NCBI GenBank assembly: GCA_000002435.2
Contig: CM018793.1
Direction: 5' to 3' (one strand)
DNA: 64,000 bases
Source: Giardia intestinalis
Lineage: Eukaryota
Each line of letters begins with the position of its first letter. Positions within the stretch are counted from its first letter, which is position 1. Made by a program: the position numbers and the translations under genes. Shown here one piece after another: positions 48,801-58,100 of the stretch. The notes below the pieces were generated by a model, which saw nothing but the letters and a program-made list of their open reading frames with translations, did not search any database and had not been told where the DNA came from.

Positions 48801-51475
48801 GCAAGGCATTCCTGATCTGCATTTTTAGTGGCGGACCTCTGCAGGCGCTCCTTGAGGTGAGTATTTTCAGCGACCAGCCGTTCATTCGTTGCCTTCAATT
48901 GCTCTAGTAGCTTTTTCATATTAGTAGCGTCATCATATAACGGGGGCGAAGTACATTTGTTCGACTCTCGCGTCAACTTTTCTAACCGATCGTTGTCTGC
49001 TTCTAGACCACGAACTCGCTCTGCCAGAAGCAGGACCTCGTTGGTTAGCCGAACATTTTCATCTGCAAGATCTTGAGGAATGCGCTTGCTTGAAGCAACA
49101 GGGGTCGCTGCTCTACTACGATCCTTTTTCTTCAATCTCCCCAGCGAGAGACTTCTCTTCGAGTTTGTCATGGTGTTGCCCATACTACCCATGCTTGCTT
49201 TTAGATCGTCTAACTCTTGGGTCTTAGTCTCCAGTTCGTCAAGCAACAATTGTATCTGTTTTGGTGACGTTTGTGAATGATCAAGATTGCCTGGATCTAA
49301 GTCAGGCATAGAGTTTATCACCTCACGGAGCCGCTCTATTTCTGCGTCTTTATCAGCAAGTAGTGAGATTAACTCACGTGTAGAGGAGATGGTATCCACA
49401 ACGTCTTCCATAGTAGAAGCACACAGGCTTTCTGACAGGCCCTTTACTCCTACCCTAGAATTGGCAAGAATCTTACAAAGCTTTGAGTCGTCATGTTGCG
49501 GCCTTTCGCTAAGCTCCTTCTTAAGCGTCTCGTTCTCCTTCAGTAGATCCTCCACCTCATGTTCTAAGGCCTTTATTTTATCGGTCAGTGAATCTATTGC
49601 AGCAGGAACAGGCATCTGCACCCTGTGTAGTTCTGTTGCATCCAAGAGCTCCTGAAGCTCGTTAATTTTGGCGGCCTGTTCCGCAATTACTTTGTTCATA
49701 AGCTCTTCCTTGTTAGTTTCGAGGGTCTTTGGGGTGATCGTGCCATCCGTTTCAACTCTAGCCAGCTGTTCTCTGAGAAGATGTATCTCTTTGTCACGCT
49801 CAGCAAGTTGGATGATTGTGTTCTTGCGGTATGCATCAAAGCTAGAAGATGACCGAGTGGTAGCATCCTTGCGCACAGATTTACCACGCCCAAAGAGCGA
49901 GGACGTGCTCAGTCTGTTTGAATTGCGACTCTTGACACTGGACTCTGCCTTCATTTCTTGATATCCTACTGTGGCCTGTAGGTCGCTAACTCCTCGAGAC
50001 TGATATTCGGAGATAAGCTCCTGAAGCATGGCGATAGTATTGTTCTTCTCGTCTATTATCTTGTCGAACTCTTCCGTAGTAACTATGGAGCAAGAGATAG
50101 GAGCGTCTTGCAAATCACCCAAATACTTCCTGTTTTGTCTACTAAATACATTTTCCGAGGGATCTGCGGTGCTTCTTTTTGGCCCGCACATCGGAGGTGT
50201 TCTCGGTCTGGACTTGTCCTTTAGCATGGCGGTGACCGACTTGGACCGACGCCGAGGCTTCTTAGCGCTCGAAGGCCGCAAAAACTCTAAATCCTCATAT
50301 ACTAAAATATCCGTGTTCTTCTGATTCTCTTCTTGAATATAGGGCTCATCAGATAGATGCTTCTGTCCGGTTTGTGCCATTTGCAACATGTGTTGGAGAT
50401 TCATGTTTTCCTGAACGGATAGTGCATACGCATCTTCCAGATGTCTGATCCTTTCCGTTAACTCGGCCATTGCTGATTCATTATCTAGACACGATAAAGC
50501 GTAATTGCCAATGGCTGGAGACGTACCAAACCCAATTGGTGATGTGGCCGTGGCAGTAGCAGCGGGCTCTGTTGTGGGCAAACAATAAGGATAGTTTGCC
50601 TGCTGGAGCTTTAGATTCTCCATCTGCAATGTTATTATCTCATTTTCTTTAATCTGCATAGAGTTGGTGAGCTCTGTGATCTTGTGCCTTAGCATGCTCA
50701 CTGTCTGTCCATGCCTGTCGTTGAAGTCGGTGACAGAGGAGGTTACTGACCCGACATACGACGTAGTCATCTGGGAAGCTGTTAGAGGGTTTTGCTGAGG
50801 AGTCCGCATGGGACTCGGAGATGACTCAGCGGCATAAACAGAGGTTTTGGTCTGAGGTTGAGTTGTGGACGGACGGTGTTTAGATGGAACAAATGCGTGT
50901 ACGTTAGATGTGCGGCGTGCATTATTTTTAAAAGAAACCAGGGCACGTTCAATCTCTAAAAATCTATTCTCTGAGGCCACGTTAATAGCATATTTGAGCT
51001 CGATGTTAGATATTCGCTGTGAGGACAGTATAATATTGACGCAGTCTAGATGACCCGAATTAACAGCATAGTCCAGGGCGTTGAGCCGCGCCTTATCCTG
51101 TCGCAACTTAAAGTTCTTCGTCATCATCAGAAGCGCCGCTGCGGCTCCAACTTGTGCTGCTAGCATGTACGAGTCTCTACCATCGTCGAGAGTGATGTCC
51201 TTCTCCAGGGGCGCCAAAACCTCACACAGGCCCGGATTGTTGGAAAGAGCAGCGACCATGAGAGCCGTGTAACCAGATGTACTAACTAGTCCAGCCTCAT
51301 ACGGGATTAGTATGTGGGCCATTTTTAAGTTCCCAGCGCGACACGCCTGAATGAGAGCAGTATCTCCATCAATGTTAACGTATCCTTTAAAGCTTTCAAC
51401 AAGAGAGCGTACGGTTTCTTGGTCTCCTTGCGCAACAGCGTGGAACCACGCTGCCTCGGAAGGTGATTGAAACAT
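45854..51475 (-). CDS. Ankyrin-repeat / very long coiled-coil protein (Protein 21.1 family), 1873 aa
   Basis: ATG start. The N-terminal 150 aa align position-by-position with the downstream paralogue (WF.A...GD...V..L...G.TAL..AAL.N...LC..LAPLE.DI.L.D.RD.YM.AAQVG...LNALDYA). More than 1000 aa of heptad-rich coiled coil follow. The C-terminal ankyrin cassette is shared with 60429..63269. Confidence 0.8.
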   Translation of the reverse strand: MFQSPSEAAWFHAVAQGDQETVRSLVESFKGYVNIDGDTALIQACRAGNLKMAHILIPYEAGLVSTSGYTALMVAALSNNPGLCEVLAPLEKDITLDDGRDSYMLAAQVGAAAALLMMTKNFKLRQDKARLNALDYAVNSGHLDCVNIILSSQRISNIELKYAINVASENRFLEIERALVSFKNNARRTSNVHAFVPSKHRPSTTQPQTKTSVYAAESSPSPMRTPQQNPLTASQMTTSYVGSVTSSVTDFNDRHGQTVSMLRHKITELTNSMQIKENEIITLQMENLKLQQANYPYCLPTTEPAATATATSPIGFGTSPAIGNYALSCLDNESAMAELTERIRHLEDAYALSVQENMNLQHMLQMAQTGQKHLSDEPYIQEENQKNTDILVYEDLEFLRPSSAKKPRRRSKSVTAMLKDKSRPRTPPMCGPKRSTADPSENVFSRQNRKYLGDLQDAPISCSIVTTEEFDKIIDEKNNTIAMLQELISEYQSRGVSDLQATVGYQEMKAESSVKSRNSNRLSTSSLFGRGKSVRKDATTRSSSSFDAYRKNTIIQLAERDKEIHLLREQLARVETDGTITPKTLETNKEELMNKVIAEQAAKINELQELLDATELHRVQMPVPAAIDSLTDKIKALEHEVEDLLKENETLKKELSERPQHDDSKLCKILANSRVGVKGLSESLCASTMEDVVDTISSTRELISLLADKDAEIERLREVINSMPDLDPGNLDHSQTSPKQIQLLLDELETKTQELDDLKASMGSMGNTMTNSKRSLSLGRLKKKDRSRAATPVASSKRIPQDLADENVRLTNEVLLLAERVRGLEADNDRLEKLTRESNKCTSPPLYDDATNMKKLLEQLKATNERLVAENTHLKERLQRSATKNADQECLAFVFNDMKEDSPVLCDVVARIATPPASVVLDAHDSAYADDGQSSTARLNAILGVQIGAGGVSLPQQASLDMLQTKDATITSLQAELLEKNEEIDRLKYIISAYSVNIAQEQPAVLNGSPNLDGESEVIKLTDSRSTRSSKKSVSRATTPSSMVHSTTSLAKSRAAFGRCRSTSLQNSQFHQGNLINTEQAEIDALKLAIQERDEEILRLRSLREEQLSLALPASDATNELTAQKEKVRLLTLAANEQELEIDKLKAEIRRLTADNSALLKEVQTYGDDMDILRETQEKLRTIESTMETRDNSIAEVEGRLRVLTSENDKLRTVGEQREAQLQATQLLLAQASSREYSQILAKKDDEIERLITLLENINTNTVQRESTANTISAIAPVSTHVVDASVSIDLLVEPLQDPPGFLSYEVAAHEVSKRLAEYTVEKISGIYDMLDNVVQEYVAREEALAMQVVSLQKALEAETQDGMVSRLPDPVCYDIYDELERDLRAELAQTKEALAKATDLLEEREEALERTDRPKSSIRYPPPPSSSSKDAHVISRHATPEPSDSADAFESLPTEQLHEPSPLSGKPVVLHYASNILLAKDAEIGRLQNLLMLMADRSLDNDAAKNSLDQRPHPSEDIDSLVIENVALSNEVDILNLSISIQNNVISTIADHYIKKHPTAESGDPTVSLLEGKILSLTEQLAQADGQVTQLMAEVHATGASRASSSQRPASVFLPRSHPLSEYRSASVLRTSSGDEKIPSSNSFDAFPVAASSPLDQLSIGLIKPSVAPIVTAILRSSEQSAHEPLKNPTALMEAIMTGNMRAIGANLQQIGYSLENGTTALMLAAEYNVPAAVKYLAEFEAGKTRSDGKRAIDIALQLDHLKVATLLLNWEGLDISVYSSEGNRRTELMTAAAHGDVYIVFNLLGLQAKLQDSEGRTALMYACEAGHVACARLLLVEKEIRDNQGNDALFYVSKDLPSHYILSSLLSSRSV

Positions 51476-51498
51476 CCCTATCTCTTTACTAAAATTTT

Positions 51499-52191
51499 AT
51501 GGAGCTTGTGATAGAACCAGTTAAGCAGCATAGGCGCCAAACTCTGTCCACCCAGGTACGTGAGGGCAGGCAACAAGCAGAGGAGAAAGCCCGTTGTGTA
51601 GATAAGCAAACTGTCGACTGGAGCAACAAATCCTTTGCAACAATTCGATTGCCAGAGCAAAAAACCACTAAGTACGAGGATTGCTGGAGTTCGTTTTCTG
51701 ATACGTATACTGACATTGTGACGTCTGAATTCATAGAGCAAATCGAGAAACAAACTAAAGAACAAATCCGGATTAATGAACTCCCAAGGCAAAGCACTAC
51801 ACCTACAGTCGTCAACATAAATCCACCTTCACCAGAGCGGTCAACTGTCAATCAGAGAGCCTTCAAAAAATTAGCACAACCCCGAACGTATCGAAAAGGA
51901 TATCTGCCAACCAGTACAGTATTGTCTCCGACATTTGCATTTTGCAATAGAAGATACCTAGAGCACAGTCTCTCAAAGAACACAGAATCACCAAAATCAG
52001 AGAAGAAACGTGCGGAGATTATGTCCTGCAAACGATTAGCTCATTCAACGGATATAGCCATTCACTGGCATAAATATGGCGAGCATACAGAGTCAGTTCT
52101 TCATATAAACGCTTTTAGCCATTACGCAGAGCCACGTAAGGCGTCTTATGCTACAGGGACCATAGAGAAATCCGAGAAAGCTCTGGAATAG
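51499..52191 (+). CDS. Hypothetical small basic protein (230 aa), questionable
   Basis: This is the only ORF over 200 aa in the 675-bp spacer between two minus-strand genes. It overlaps the Raptor 3' end by 41 nt. Lys/Glu/Thr-rich with no motifs. It could be a chance ORF. Confidence 0.25.
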   Translation: MELVIEPVKQHRRQTLSTQVREGRQQAEEKARCVDKQTVDWSNKSFATIRLPEQKTTKYEDCWSSFSDTYTDIVTSEFIEQIEKQTKEQIRINELPRQSTTPTVVNINPPSPERSTVNQRAFKKLAQPRTYRKGYLPTSTVLSPTFAFCNRRYLEHSLSKNTESPKSEKKRAEIMSCKRLAHSTDIAIHWHKYGEHTESVLHINAFSHYAEPRKASYATGTIEKSEKALE

Positions 52192-55100
52192 CGATCAATG
52201 GGGCTCGCGGGTGGAATGCAATGCACTGAGGTTCTGTCTGTATGGGCGCTTTGTATGACATTTCACCTAGACACACTCCTGAAACATGTCCAAAAGTGAT
52301 GTTATACGTGAGAATATTCGCTGATTCTGTGTTACCAGGGCTCAAGGGCGTATCTTCTACGCACGAAAATAGCCCAGTATTGTGAAAGTTAACTGTCCTG
52401 GAGCTGGGTATAGAGTACTGCTTCAGTACAGTATCGGTGGCAGTGTCCTTGGACAAGAGTCTGCCAGATGCCGTTGACAAGAAAAGGGTATTGTCATACA
52501 ATGCACCACCATTGATGACCTCCGGGACCTTACCGGTCATAACTGAATTATTGCTTCTGGCATCAAATATGGAGTATTCTTTAGATCCATATGTCAGCAC
52601 TCCACAGCTCAATATGCCTGAGCACAAAGGTACTACATTATCGACAAGGTGGGCAGGCCTAAGTGTCAGGTACTTGGACTCGTGCATGAGATCTATGTAG
52701 CTGACCTCTGTCCCGCCCCGAATGGCAGTCACAATGTGTGGTGCTGTGGTGTGCATCTCTAGAAGGTCTGAATGTCCTCTAAGGATGGGGATGTTATTGG
52801 GCAGCACGGGGGTGTATGTCCACTCACCAACTCGCCTGGCAGATCCAGGTTCGTCTGGCTTCTTCTTTTCATGGAATAACGCGTTGCATATCTTGCTACG
52901 GGCGATAATGTATTGCTTCTTATGATGATTAAGAACAATATCAGGAGAGCTCATGTCTGCATTGAACTTATGTCTATAAAACTCGGCTATTGCATATGGA
53001 CACTTTTGCAGCCTTGTAGACGAGTATAGTGGCTCTGAAGAAGGTGTTCCTACGTTGAACGCGGACGTGTGTCTGCAAAGAGACGTGTCATGATAGTTTG
53101 TAAGAATTCTAACGGTACAATCTGCTGCAGCAATAGCCACCACGCTATGAGGAGTATGCTGGTTCAGAAGGACTATGTCTCCAAGCCAAGCAGATCTATT
53201 TTCCATAGAATATGGGCTTCTTTGCTCTCTGATGAGCTCGGTCATCTTAGAGTATGCGCTAGTCTTATTCTCCAGTGGCACAGCCTCTTCGTCATCGTCC
53301 ATGTCTGGGAAAAGCTTTCTTAGTAGCTTCGGATCAAAGTCTCTTGCCGAAGCAGAGCCTTGCTTGTATAAAATCTTCAGCAGTTGTGAAGAGAAGCTTT
53401 TCAGGACACTATAGTCTAACGACCTTGATGTATTGAGAATGCAGCAGTGGGGACACTCAAGAGATGCTGCATCTGCTTCGAGCATATTAGCTAAGATAAT
53501 TGGCTCAAGGGCTGTGCAATTATCCGTCGCCCAGTTCATCATATTATACGCTTGCGGACCTTGTGGGAAAGCAAGCATTGGGGTATGCAGGTGGCCTGAT
53601 ATTATCCCCCCGCCGGGCCAAGACGTAGGCTGGACGTCCAATATTAGATCAAGTGGTAGCTTATTCAAGAGCTCTCCGGTCGTGGTGTTCCAAACGCAAC
53701 AGGTAGATCCGTTATTCGTAAGCAGAATCGTCTCATTTCGATGAAATACAGCACTTTTAATTGCGCCAGTGCAATGAGAAATAGAGTTGACCTTTTTTAA
53801 CAATAGGGCTGACTTTTCTGAGCAGCGTGCCCCTCCACTGGATTTGTATTCTGCGAAATAGAACGCCCCGTTATCACCTACTCGCCTCTTTAGAACGTCA
53901 CGTACTTCACGTGCCTTCTTCACAGGAGCAAATCTAGAGCTAAGGTGATCTCTTTGCTCGGGATACATTGTGTGAAGTTGTCTTAGAAGATCAACTTCAG
54001 TCATAGCAGTGCAGCTGTTATTGCTTTCCGCATCTGGGAAACTCGTTCGCGAGGTTGCCTGAGAGGGAGCATTTATCTGCCTCAAACTAATCATTGGAAT
54101 AGTTTCGCTGCCTATGCTGTGCGCAGAATCAACTTTTGGAAGCATCTCCATTACAAATAACCCCTCCGGGACAGACTCTGTGGCCAACTTTATAATGGTG
54201 TTGTCTGCTCCTTCTCCGGGCTTTAGTTCCTGTGCATTGCTTTGACTGTTGGGCGAGGACTTTGGAAGTATCTGAAAGGAGCCATCACTGTTTATTGTTA
54301 ATGGCTGAATGTTGGAGCTAATTGACTTCTGAGATAGAAGAGCTGATTTCATCCCTATCTGGTTGTCAGATAGCTTTAAGAATCGAACCTTGCTTAGACT
54401 CTCAGATAACCGATCATAGTCAATATCATTGATTGTAGCAGTGATTCTATTATGCATCTCCATTAGAAAGTTGTTCCTAGTCCATATAAGTGAAGAGTTG
54501 TTATCAGTTGTAAAAAGCGATGTCCTATTTTGTTGGGTGTAACGTAGAATAGGAGATTGCTCTATGCTATTAAGAGATATCATAAGGTAGTTTGAGAAAT
54601 CAAAGAACAAGGCGTGTAGAGCGAGAGAACATACGTATGGAACGAGGTAACCAAAATAAATCTCCTCCATAGGAACTATTAGTTCGTCTCCAAAGTATGC
54701 CTGCGATATCTCACAATACGCCAACGATTCAAGATATGGGAATGGTGATGCAGCCGTTTGCAATTTGAACCGAACAAAGTCGTGTGAAGGCAAAGTGGCA
54801 CTGGTAGATGCGGTTTTCAAGGGTGAGCCAGAGGATTTGCTTTTCAATTCCTTGATGTTTCTTTTCGCTGGTGATGTACTAGTTGAGCTCCTATCTGCTC
54901 TGTTGACCTTTTCGTTATCCTGCATAATTCGTACTCCCAGAGGATTAACATCCCTTGTAATAGTAAACCTTGTAATAGTAAATCTAGAGGAGCTGGTAGG
55001 AAACTGGAGGTTGCTCCTGCTCCATATGCGCATAGCGTCCATACAGTATGTGAGGAGAGGACTAGCCATCGCTGCATTGCGACAGAAATGGCAATAGTGG

Positions 55101-58100
55101 TCTATCACATGCATGCGTTCAAATTTGTCCACCTGGTGTTGCAAGTCATTGAAGTCAGCCTTGCCGGTGCTCTTTGCCAATTCCTCAAAAAGTTGTATGG
55201 GACGGACAAAAAGATTGCCTTTTTTATTATCCCAAGAAGAATATTTTTCACTTTTTAAAAGGTCATGGTCTCTCAGCGTTTGGATTTTAGAAAAGGATGC
55301 GATGTCATTTCCCAGATAACTGGTATTTTTTCGGCGTTGTGACATCAGTGAAAACACATTCGACTTATCACTGCTTAAGGTATTGAGATGCTCCTGTTCT
55401 CGTGAAACTGTGGGTCCAAGTCCACTTCCAGTAAATACTACGGGCGTGGACGGAGAAAGACGCCGTATATCGCTACGGTTTGTTTTCACAGCGCATAGGT
55501 ATCCTTCACAAATGCTTGGCATGTAAGAGCTGAATGATACTCCATGAATGCTCGCGTGGAGAACAGAGTATTCTCTTGGTGGTACTCCTGGAGGAAGAAC
55601 CTCTGTTACCAGCATAGTTTCTAGTTGTGGCGTAGATTGCGTTTCGGGCGCTTCTGGCTTCAGAGTAGTCTTTCTCTTGCTGCAGCTTTTAAGATAGGTG
55701 AGAACAAAGTGAAAGTAAGAGCGTAAACGAGCATGGTCGAATTCTGAGAGTTTTCTTACTTCAAGATCAAACAGGGATGGCCACGGGCTCTGAACGGCGT
55801 CTTTCTCTTGAGATATTGCGGCAGGTGAAGAGATATTCTCAGTGCTATTGAAAATGCGTTCCTTTCTGATAATCCTTTCTTCCATATTCATAGAATTAAA
55901 TTGCAGAGGATCCAGCATAACGGATACAGAATGCTGATAGTGTATCGATGTCGAGGAAATCATTTCTGAACGACTACTACTGCTACATTGCCCAATAGAT
56001 AGCCTAGGCGATCCTGCAAGGTCCTTAACCTTATCAAGAGATAGTAGAGATAGAGAAACCTGTGGGTTAAAGTCCAGACACTTTGTACTTGACGGAGAGA
56101 TGACATAATCCCGCAAGAAAAATGGCAGGCTGGCAAGGGCAGATCGCCCACAAGGACAGCATGCATCGTGCATTCTATAATAGCTGGCTCCACGATCATT
56201 GATGGATAGGAGTGAATGTACAGGACACATCTTCATTGACCGGTGAACTTTCTGCGCCGCGACAGAAGCAGCAGCCTCTATGTTAAAACATATAGAGGGA
56301 AAACGAATGCTGTTTCTGGAGAGAGTAAGAATAACAGATGCACAATTGTAAATCGACGCCACTATCTGAGGCATGCAAATGCGGATTGCCAGCTCTAGCC
56401 ACACGGCATCTAGCTGTTGTAGTAATAAGAACTTCTCTTTGAAAAACTCCAATTCGTGCATATTACACTCGGTTACATCTGATGTGTCCTTTGATTCTGG
56501 CTCAGTAGCAACTAATGTATTATTAATGTCACTTATAGAAATGTCAGATTGATCTGAGTTGCTATCAAAATTGAATGCTTTCCGTTGTTTTATAGAAGTC
56601 GTTACAAAGGAATTCTCAGACGTTTCAGCGCTTTCCGTCGTTCCTGCCGGATATGATTTTGCAGATTGAGAGGTTCCAGGGTTCTTGGAAAATTGGCTCA
56701 TAGACAGACCTTGTGCTTCGGTTGTTTTCAAGGTGATTGCAGCAGTATCTATGCAGACTCCATTAATCTTAACGCTAGTTAGAGGTGATGACTCCAAGTG
56801 GTTATAACACGCTGAGGAAGAGCGCAGAGCTGCGGCTAGGATATGTTTGATCTGTTTCTCTGAGAGATTGCGAACAAGACTGAGCTTCTGTATAATTAGC
56901 CTAACTCGCTGCATGCTCCTATCATTAAATACTTCCCTAACAGCGTTTAATATCTCAGCCTCTGTACTAAGCCTATTAGCAGAAAATCTTTTTTCAAGGT
57001 AATCCTTGCAATTGATGTGGAAGAAGTCATTTGTCATCGGCGTTGTTTGCAATAACAAGCACAGAGCGAGAGACGACACTCCATCAAAGAGATGCCGTGC
57101 TCTAATGGAGATAATCGACACAGGATCATACATTGCTTGCTTAAGTGTGCTATATGTAGTGTGAATAATAGGGTTGACTTGATGAGTCTGGAATCCGTTA
57201 AATATCTTCACATATGCGTTAGAATACATATCATATGCCACTATTAAGTCACTTGTTGCTAGAGCAAGGAAACTTTGAAAGTACAGGGGGATAACACGCG
57301 CAATGCAGCATAGGGCTTCATGTCTGACTAAAGGACTTACGTCATATATGCAGAGCTTAGAAATATTGAGTATAATATCTGGGGGATTCAAGTTGATGCT
57401 CTTATCAGACCCTGCCAAAAAGCTTTCGTTCCAAGTTTCTGACTCCGAGTCGCCCGGATAAAATACATCAACAACCCGATGACAGGCAATGATTGAAATC
57501 AAATCCACAACAGGTAGAGACGAGGTGACAACAGAGATAGCGGCTGCACGTATTTCTGCTGTCATGGATGGCTCAAAGAGCTTCATAAGGATGCCATAGA
57601 TATCGCGGATCTTCCCATAGTTACTTCCATAAGCAACTACGGATTCTGGCTGCTTGAAGTTATCATGTGCAGATGATATCAATTCGTCAGCAGTGAGCAA
57701 TGGCTCTACAGCTTCCTCTACTTGATCCGGCACAAATGTCAAAGAGAACAGCTTTGTTGACGAGCTAAGAAGGTTTGATGAGCTAGTCGCAATCACCATG
57801 CTATTTGAAGTAGGGATTGTTTTAGTGTAGGTATGAAGGGAGGGGCTTGATAGTCTGTTTGATCGTAGCTTTCTAGTATCTGTGACTGTTGTCGTCAGGT
57901 TGTGCATAAGTTCTGAGAGCAGAAGAAGACTCCAAAGCTTAATGTGTTCTGATGCCGAATGGACTAGAATAGCAAGTGCCTCGAGCATATTCTTCTGCAT
58001 TAAACTTTCGCGCATTATTGTGCAACACTCAGAAATGATGCGAGGATCGTCCCCTTGAGTATTCTGTGGCATATAAAAGCCAAACCCGTTTGTTAGGGTT

